Part shown: piece by piece, positions 56,340 to 64,000 of the stretch
Layout: each line of letters opens with the position of its first letter
How positions within the stretch are numbered: the first letter of the stretch is position 1
Assembly (NCBI RefSeq): GCF_036321535.1
Contig: NC_087460.1
Span: forward strand, 4,960,001-5,024,000
Length of the DNA stretch: 64,000 nt
Direction: 5' to 3'
Source: Camelus dromedarius
Lineage: Eukaryota
Notes under the pieces: model-generated
Databases searched by the model: none
What the model saw: the letters and a program-made list of their open reading frames with translations, nothing else
What the model was told of the DNA's origin: nothing
Position numbers and translations under genes: made by a program

Positions 56340-57290
56340 AAAATAAATCCAAGGGTAGTGGGGTCTTCTAGTAAAGAAGGTTCTTTTCTCTTATGAGAAA
56401 GCAGCAGGAAGGAACTCTCTCTGCTGAATGTGAAAGGCTTCTCTTGGGTACCAGATTGCCATCTGCAGCCATCACAGGACAGCAGGGAGACTCAGCCACA
56501 GGAGAAGGCAGTACTGTGGACAGCAGTCCTGGAAGACACAGTGGAGGGGAAGGACCAGCCAAACCTGAGGCTCAGCTCTAGCTCCCTATTTCCAGTGGTC
56601 TAATGGACATCTCCACGTGGATGTCCCACTACCACTGCAATCTCAGTAATTCCCAAAGAAATCGATCATCTTCTGTAACTCCAAGTTCAAATCTTTCTAT
56701 TCCCTTCAGTGCCAATATTATTTTCCCAGCAACCCTAGACTCAGTCAAACCTTGGATATATTCATCTTCTTCATATCCTATGTCCATCCAGTTGCTGAGT
56801 CCTGTTGGACTTTCCTTTCCAACCCACCTCTTTATTCCAGGCCCTTATCATCCCCAGCTTCCTAATCTTTCTGCTTCTACCTTCAATGAGTCATTATTTA
56901 TATATGTCATAAACGTGTAGTTAATCTGCATTTTCTATTTTAAGAAGAACTTAGCATCTTAAAATTTATTGAATTCCTCTACTTCTCTATCCAATAGACA
57001 GCCTATATATTATATTATTAGAACTAATAAGATAGCAGGGTACATGATATATATAGAAAAATTAATAGTTATGTCAGTGTGGTACTAGAGCAGAAATAGC
57101 TAGGTATATTATATATAGATCAATGGAAAATAATAGTCCAGGAATGATAGATAGATAGATAAATGGCATTTCAAATCAGTAGGTAAAGATAGGATTAATC
57201 ATTTCTTTAAGGCAACACTCTATAAACAAAATGAAAAAACAACTGGGAAAACATTTTCAGCATTTATAAAAGACAAAAAGTTAATGTATT
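56340..57290. mobile_element. Old MaLR, L2 and L1 fragments
   Basis: MLT1-like text ~56340-56590, L2-like ~56590-56900, AT-rich L1-like ~56950-57290; heavily degraded, low certainty. Confidence 0.4.
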
Positions 57291-57693
57291 TGTGTGGTGG
57301 TTTTAAAATGTGCCCACAAATTCTTGATACTCTTCAAGAAGTGGAGCCGAATTCCCCTCTACTTGATTGTGGGCTGGACTTAGTGTCTAGCTGCTAAAAA
57401 TACGATAAAGTGGAAGTGATGCGTGTGATTTTGGAGATTAAGTCATAAAAGACACAGTGACTTCCATCTTGGTCTCCTCTCTCTGAGGAAGCCAGCTGCC
57501 GTACTTAAGGACACTTGGGCAGACCTAGGGAGAAACCCATGTGCCAAGGAACAGCCCTGCCAACAGCCATGTCAGTGAACCATCTCTAGCCCCAGTCAAG
57601 CTTTCAAATAACTGTAGCCCCATCGAAGATACTTCTAGATTCCTGATTCACAGAAACTGAGATAATAAATGTTGTTTTAAGCTACTAAATTTT

Positions 57694-58061
57694 TTAAAAA
57701 CTAAAGTATAGTTGATTTACAATGTTTTGGGTGTACAGCGAAGTGATTGAGCTATATACACAGTGATTCTTTTTCAGAAAGATTATTTTCCATTACAGGT
57801 TATAGTCAAGACATGCACAATAGGGGAACGGTATAGCTCAGTGGTAGAGTATGCACTTACCATGCACAAGGTCATGGGTTCAATTCCCAGTACTGCCATT
57901 AAAAAATAAATGAATAAATACTTAATTACCCCACAAAAAAGAAAAAAAAATATTGAGTATAGTTCCCTGTACTATACAGTAGGTCCTTGTTGTTTATTTA
58001 TTTTATATATAATACTGTGTATTTGTTAACCCCAAATTCCTAATTTATCCTCCCTGCCAAA
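57694..58061 (-). mobile_element. L1 3' end inside the MLT1 LTR, itself carrying a SINE
   Basis: 'aagtatagttgatttacaatgt...tattgagtatagttccctgtactatacagtaggtccttgttg' reversed L1 terminus; TSD ctactaaatttt (57682-57693) / ctactaagtttt (58062-58073). Confidence 0.8.
57823..57950 (+). mobile_element. tRNA-derived SINE (vic-1-like) nested in the L1 fragment
   Basis: ggggaacggtatagctcagtggtagagtatgcacttaccatgcacaaggtcatgggttcaattcccagtac + A-rich tail. Confidence 0.88.
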
Positions 58062-58095
58062 CTACTAAGTTTTGAGATAATTTGTTATCATCAAT

Positions 58096-58500
58096 TAAGA
58101 ACTGCATTTGGCTACAACATAGCTCCCCCAAATCTGGTGGCTTAATGAATTTTTCACTCTTATATAAAATAAGTCTGGAAATAGGCAGTTCAGTGTTGGT
58201 ATAACAGCTTCATGATATTTTCAGTGTCACAGCTGCTTCCCGCTTTTCTTCTGGCATCTTAGCATGTGGCTTATATTCTCTGGGTCATCTCATGGCCCCA
58301 TGTGGTTGCTGGAACTGTAGCCATCATATTTCTGTTTTAGGCAGGAAGTCAGAGAAAGGGGAGGAGGAAAAAGGAACATTCTAGAAGGTTCACACGATGA
58401 CTTTCTCTAATATGTCATTGATCTATCAGCAGTGAATGGGGGCTGAGAAATATTTTTAGCTGGGTACAGTGTTGCCCCAATAATATGAAAGTTCTGTTAG
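58096..58500. mobile_element. MLT1K/J-like MaLR LTR relic
   Basis: 'ctgcatttggctacaacatag...ggcttaat...gtctggaaataggcagttcag...tggttgctggaactgtagccatca' pattern. Confidence 0.55.
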
Positions 58501-59350
58501 CTCACAAATTAGAAGACTATAAAAATTCAATTAAAAAATAAGCAAAGAGTTTAAATAGACAGTTCTCCAAAGNNNNNNNNNNNNNNNNNNNNNNNNNNNN
58601 NNNNNNNNNNNNNNNNNNNNNNNNNNNNNNNNNNNNNNNNNNNNNNNNNNNNNNNNNNNNNNNNNNNNNNNNNNNNNNNNNNNNNNNNNNNNNNNNNNNN
58701 NNGCAAATGCTGGCCAGGATATGGAGAAACTAGAACCCTCTAACACTCCTGATGGAAATGGAAAGTGGGGCAGCCACTTTGGAAAACAGTTTGCTGTTCT
58801 TCAAAAGATTAAGTATAGAGTCACCATTTGATCCAGCACTTCCACTCCTTACAATTCCATTTGTAAGGAAAAAATTGCAATAAACTAAGTTGAAATATCG
58901 GAGGTCTGGTTCTATCTGTAACAGGTTTTTCAAATGAAAACAGTTTCTTCCTGGGGATTTGCATATGATATTTTATTTCAGGCTCCGAGCAAAATGCCTG
59001 GTACATAGTAAGCACTCAATATATAGGGTTGAGCAAATGAAGTAGTATGTTGACACTGTAAATATTTTAGAATGAAATCTCCATGTGCGAAGAATCATGT
59101 CCTCCTCTGGAATCCATTCATTATAGCATAGAATTCAATATTTTGATACGAAGTGTTATTTTTGTATTGATACTAGTTAGGTATATAACCAAGAGAAATG
59201 AAAATATGAGGCCATACAAAAATTTGTACATGAGTGTTCATAGCAGCATTATTCATATATTTTTTCATTTTTATTTCACTTCATTCTTTTTCATTATAGG
59301 CCATTATAAGGTATTGAATATAGTTCCCAGTGCTATATACAGTAGGGCCT
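58500..59350. mobile_element. L1 ORF2/3' fragments (contains an N-run)
   Basis: 'aatagacagttctccaaag[N]gcaaatgctggccaggatatggagaaactagaaccctc...gtggggcagccactttggaaaacagtttgc' is L1 ORF2-end text. Confidence 0.75.
58573..58702. other. N-run (130 nt) inside an L1 fragment
   Basis: Flanked on both sides by colinear L1 sequence. Confidence 0.98.
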
Positions 59351-60029
59351 TGTTGTTTAGAGACTTAGTTTCCTCTTCTTCCAAATATCTATCTCACAGG
59401 ATTGGAGTGGAAATTCAATATCATCTCACGCAATGTCTGGCAGGAACTCTCCAGAAATATTTCTTGCATCTCAACGTCTCTTTTGTGTCTCCTTTAACAA
59501 GTCACACAGGCTTGAGTGTCTGGGAGTGGCTGTATTAGTTCTTGTTGATTATTTATAGAACAACGTCGGATGAGTATTATTTTAGTGGGAACATGTTGGC
59601 TTTTCTCCCTTTATATCCCGCAGAAGGTTTGCATCAAACCAGCTGAGTATGTGAGGAGGATAGAAATGGTCCCAAACTGGGTTTAGCAGTCAATCCAGCG
59701 CTTCAGCACAGATTACACTCTTACTCGGCCCCTAACAGTCAGTATAGTTAAGCCTATTTTACAGATGGAAAAGTGGAGTCTTAGTTAAGTTACTAGTAAA
59801 TTGCAGATCTGTCAAGACACCAACCACGGTCTTAAGATATATCCGGCCTGGGCTCCTTCCACTCCACCTGCCAAAAGTCTACCTGAAAATAATTAATGGG
59901 TGGAACCTATGCGAGAGTGGGGGAGCCAGACCACTTACCTGGGTATTTCTTGCTCCTCTTCCTCACCTTTTGCTTCAACAAATGAGTTTTCTTTTGAATT
60001 CACAGTACTTTTGCTTTGAGGATATCCGG

Positions 60030-60320
60030 TTCCTTTAAGGTTTCGGACGACGTAATGACTAGCCCCGCCCTTTATCCCCTCCCCTCAGCTCTCTGCTAAG
60101 CCCCGCCCACCGGCTTTTGCCCTGGGCCAATTACCGCGCCTCATCCGGGTTCCTGGGACTGGGAAATTGGGTTCGTAACCAGGCAACTACTGGTCCACAG
60201 GTTTCGCCAAGGATTTTCAGTTCAGGTATTCGCGGCTTTTCTCTCAAAGGTTGCCGGCCGCGGAGGCCAAGGGCTCGCCTCCCGCCCCGTTGCCATAACA
60301 GCAGCACACAGCGCCTCCTT
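60030..60320. promoter_or_regulatory. LRRC23 promoter with RFX X-box and GC boxes
   Basis: GTAACCAGGCAAC at 60175-60187 fits GTNRCC-n-RGYAAC; half-sites GTTGCC near 60250 and 60289; CCCCGCCC near 60063 and 60101. Confidence 0.7.
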
Positions 60321-60953
60321 CTCCCTTGCCCCTCTACCAAACAATCCTTCCCTCTGGGGCCAGGACCTCTCCAGAACAGCTTCTAGTTGAGCAGAACCAG
60401 GGTCTCCACCCCTTTGCAGGGTCTGCTCCTTTGCAAAGGAGGATTAATTGAGTGGGAGAGTTGGAGGCTGGGCGTCAGTCTGGTGTCCCACAAGGGACAA
60501 GGAAATGGTGCTGCGCGGGGTGGGAGAGGTAGAAGACAGGAGTGGAACAGTGGTTAGGGATGAGAGGGGAGGGGACAGATCGGTAGGCGAGATTGGAGAA
60601 GAACGTGGCTTAAGGCAGAAGTGGGAAGGACTAGGGAGAGGGGAGTCCAGGAAGCTGGAGACCGAGTTACTGGAAGAGTGGGAGCCACTGAGAAGGGCAG
60701 GAAAGGTCTTGGGGGTCTGGGAAAGGGGTCCTTGGTGGGAAGTGGGAAGTGGAGGTTGAGAGTCAAAATGGGATGTTCATACGGCTGAGGAAAGAAACAT
60801 AGCTGGGAGGAGGTCATGGGTGATAGGGTGATGGGAGGGGTACCCATCAATGGAGGTGAGGGAGTGGAGGCTTGGCGGACGCTGAGGAGACCTTCTTTCT
60901 CAGGACGAGGACCTAGCTTGATCTGACTCCAGAACCTTCAGCAGGGAAGAAAA

Positions 60954-63479
60954 ATGTCAGATGAAGATCTGGAAGACTTTGAGCCAGACCTGGATGATCT
61001 GGAAAGGGAAGACGATGAGAAGGAGACAGAGGAGTGGGAGGACTACAGGAAGGAGGGAGAAGACTTCTTGGAGGAAGTGAGAACAGGGACATGGAGTGGT
61101 CCCGGGGTTAAAGGATGGGGTTAGGCTGGAAAGGGATATCTGAGTCTGTCCACTTCCTCCTGCAGTGGATGCCCACCCCCCTCACAGAGGACATGATGAA
61201 AGACGCACTATCTTTGCTCTGCAAGACGGGTAATGGGCTGGCTCACGCATATGTCAAGCTGGAGGTTAAAGAGAGGTGCGTTTATGGGGGACCAGAAGAG
61301 GTCTGAGGTTGTAGGGCCCAATTTCCTTTCTCACCCTCCATCCTGGGTGTTTTGGCCGAGTTTGGACCTCTGCCATCCTGGGCCAGTGAGGAGGGAGGGA
61401 TAGAATCTACTTGTCAGGAGTCTGTGACTCCCTGCGTCAGGGCTGGCCTGGGGAAGTGGAGGCTGTGAGGGTATGCGGGGGGACTCCTGTTGGACGCCCT
61501 TGCTTGTCCTTCAGAGTGTCAGTTCTCCACCCTTCACAGACACGGTCCCTGCCCACTATTAAGAACCACTTTCTTTCCCCCTCCCTACCCCTCCCATCTG
61601 TCACCCACTATAAGCCATCTTCTTGCTGCCCATGCTGGATTCTTTACCCTAACCCTGGCCTCTGCCGTCTCCTAGGGATCTGACAGACATCTACTTGCTG
61701 CGTTCCTACATCCATCTGCGCTACGTGGATGTTTCTGAAAACCACTTGACAGACTTGTCCCCACTCAATTACCTCACCCACCTACTCTGGCTCAAGGCTG
61801 ATGGCAACCTGTTGCACACCGCCCGGCTGAATGAACTGCCCTACCTGCAGATTGCCAGTTTTGCCTATAACAAGATCACTGACACTGAGGGCATCTCCCA
61901 TCCTCGTCTGGCCAGCCTGGATCTCAAAGGTGAGGCCTTAGGATGGACCTCACAAGATTCCTTCCTAGCCTGGGGCCAACAGAATTGGGCAGCGTGGTCC
62001 CTGACTGTGCCACACAGCAATCTGCATTCATTCATTCATTCATCACTCCTTCAGACCCTGGTCATGGACTGTTCCATGTGCTAGAGAGATGGCAGTGAAC
62101 AAAACAAAGAAAATCCCCATTCTCATGTAGCTTACGTTCTAGTTGGGGGGTACAGACAATTATCAGTGATCACAATAAGTAAATGTATAAAGCATGTTAA
62201 AAGGAGATAGGTGCTATGGAAAAATAGATCACAGTGAAAGGAATGGGGGTGATTTCAAACAGGTTGGTTAGGATAAGTGTCATTGGGAAGTTGACATTTG
62301 AGCAAAGACTTGGAGGAGGAGAGTGAGCGAGCCATGTGGATTGCTGGGCACCCTCATTCTCTCCTCAAAGCCTTAGGTGGACACGTCCATCAGGCCCCTG
62401 GACCACCAGACCACTTGCCCCGGAGCCCAGGAGGTGTGAAGTCTGGAGCTGTCCCTCTGCACACCCACCTGGTGTTAGAGAAGATGATGCAGAGGCTCCC
62501 CAAATTCCTGCTCTACTGCTGAACAGCCAGAGCTGCCCTTTGAACTCTTGACATTCTCCTTCTCTCAGGGAACCACATCCGTGTGGTGACAGGTCTGGAC
62601 CCCCAAAAGCTGATCAGCCTGCACACACTGGAGCTTCGGGGGAACCAGCTGGACAGCACCCTGGGAATCAACCTTCCTAAGCTGAAGAACCTCTTCCTGG
62701 TAGCTCACTGGGTCAGAGTGGGGCTGGTACTGGGAAGGGGGTGCCTGTCCTGGGGGCCAGGATGCCTGACTTCTACTTGATTCACCTACTAACTTCATCA
62801 TCATTTACTGAGCCCTTACTGGGTGCCAGATGCTGTAGGGATGCAAAGTCAAAACAGACAAGGTGCCTACCACTGAGCGGGGCTGACAACACACACTGTG
62901 TAGATAATACAGAGACAGTTTACTCTGATCCAGGCAGTAGCATAATGTGTACGACTGAGGTACAGACATCAGGCTAAGGAGGCCACTTCTGTGTCTAGTC
63001 TTTTAGACTCTTGAGCTTCTTCATTCCAGGATGGTGCTGAAGCCGTTGCTCCTCAGTGGAGCAGTGAGGACACTTGGGCGGGGGGATGGGTTGAAGCATC
63101 TCTGTAATCAGAGGCGGCTATGGTGGGATGGGCAACAGGGGTTTATGGCTGACCTTCCTCTGGGCCGGCAGCTTCTCCTGAATTCTATATTCCCTGCACT
63201 GATCTCTGCCCACCTCCACTCCCCTCCTGCACCCTCCCTCTCCACCTCGTAGATTTGCTCTTTTGCTGCATCTCTTTCTGATTTCTCTTCCTCCCCGCTC
63301 CCTCTCCCCTCTCCCAATCCATCTGCTATACCCTGGGGCTAGGCTCAGAACATGCTGAAGAAGGTGGAAGGCTTGGAGAACCTAAGCAATCTCACTACCT
63401 TGCATCTTCGAGACAACCAGATTGAAACTCTGAGTGGCTTTTCCAAGGAAATGAAGTCACTGCAGTATCTCAACCTAAG
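60954..63479 (+). CDS. LRRC23: Leucine-rich repeat-containing protein 23 (radial-spoke associated), 5' part; gene continues past the window
   Basis: Coding exons 60954-61076, 61166-61275, 61676-61929, 62569-62699, 63343-63479; acidic N-terminus MSDEDLEDFEPD, then SDS22-like LRRs (LRYVDVSENHLTDL, LTTLHLRDNQIETL). Exon acceptor at 60903/60904. Confidence 0.95.
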
Positions 63480-63790
63480 GTATGCACCCCCTTTAGGTCC
63501 CACCTTGCTCCTGCCCCAGTCAGGAGCCTTGTGTTCCTCCCTGGTCCCAATCCCTGAGTCCTAGCCTACTCCCAGATTCTTATCTCATCCTCTATCCTGA
63601 TCCTTACCCCCCTTTCCTTAATTTCTTCTGCATTCAGTCCTGACTGCAGCTCCAAGACCTTTATAGTCTGAGCTCCCTGAGCCCTATTCATTCAATCCAC
63701 GGTTACTGAGAATGTGCTATGTGCCAGGCCTTGGGCTGTGTGTCAGGAACCATCTAAAGGAGTCAGAGATGGTCTCTGTTCTCAGGGGAC
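62030..63790. mobile_element. L2 fragments in LRRC23 introns (~62030-62340, ~62780-62960, ~63690-63790)
   Basis: Repeated L2 terminus motifs ('cattcattcattcatc', 'atttactgagcccttactgggtgccag', 'ttactgagaatgtgctatgtgccaggcc'). Confidence 0.6.
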
Positions 63791-64000
63791 TCACAGTCTG
63801 GCTCCAAGTCTGTTTTCTTGGTCCTATCCCATAGAAGTTTCCACTGCCCTTCTCCATCTCCTGGACCTCAATTCTTCCAATTTCCTGCCTCTCTTCTCCC
63901 GAGCCCCACCTGTAAGGGATGGCCCCACATTGATATAAAACACAAGGTGTGCTCAGCTTTGAGGAGAGGAGTATTTAAAAGAAAATTCCTAGGTGGAGAG

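Larger units (their letters stand above)
57293..58095. mobile_element. MLT1E/F-type MaLR LTR interrupted by an L1 fragment
   Basis: tgtggtggttttaaaatgtgcccacaaattctt...gattcctgattcacagaaactgagataataaatgttgttttaagctactaa; resumes 'ctactaagttttgagataatttgtta' at 58062. Confidence 0.75.

Noticed and set aside
59083-59538. 151-aa plus-strand ORF
   Set aside because: Largely built from L1 fragments in both orientations; hydrophobic low-information translation.

Overview
Mammalian genomic DNA from the gene-dense cluster orthologous to human 12p13.31. Gene order is GPR162(+), P3H3/LEPREL2(+), GNB3(+), CDCA3(-), USP5(+), TPI1(+), SPSB2(-), an ~13 kb transposon-dense interval, then LRRC23(+, runs off the right edge). 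I traced the exon chains by hand; wherever sequence is visible the introns are GT-AG and the reading frames join. Seven copies of a tRNA-derived SINE resembling the camelid vic-1 family suggest a camelid genome (inference, not searched). Four N-runs (2061-2224, 36883-37070, 43419-43551, 58573-58702) appear to match the length of the sequence they replace; three fall in coding exons. The least explained part is the SPSB2-LRRC23 interval. It holds a near full-length but decayed pogo/Tigger transposase frame on the minus strand (~52709 to ~50540, split by an L1), lying next to an orphan CpG-island promoter (~53040-53500) with a TCT initiator and NRF1, ETS, E-box and PAR-bZIP motifs. It also holds a solo LTR in sense orientation to SPSB2 and a perfect antisense splice donor at the LRRC23 promoter. 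No rRNA, true tRNA, snoRNA or CRISPR is supported. Protein and repeat identifications rest on remembered sequences, not on database searches.
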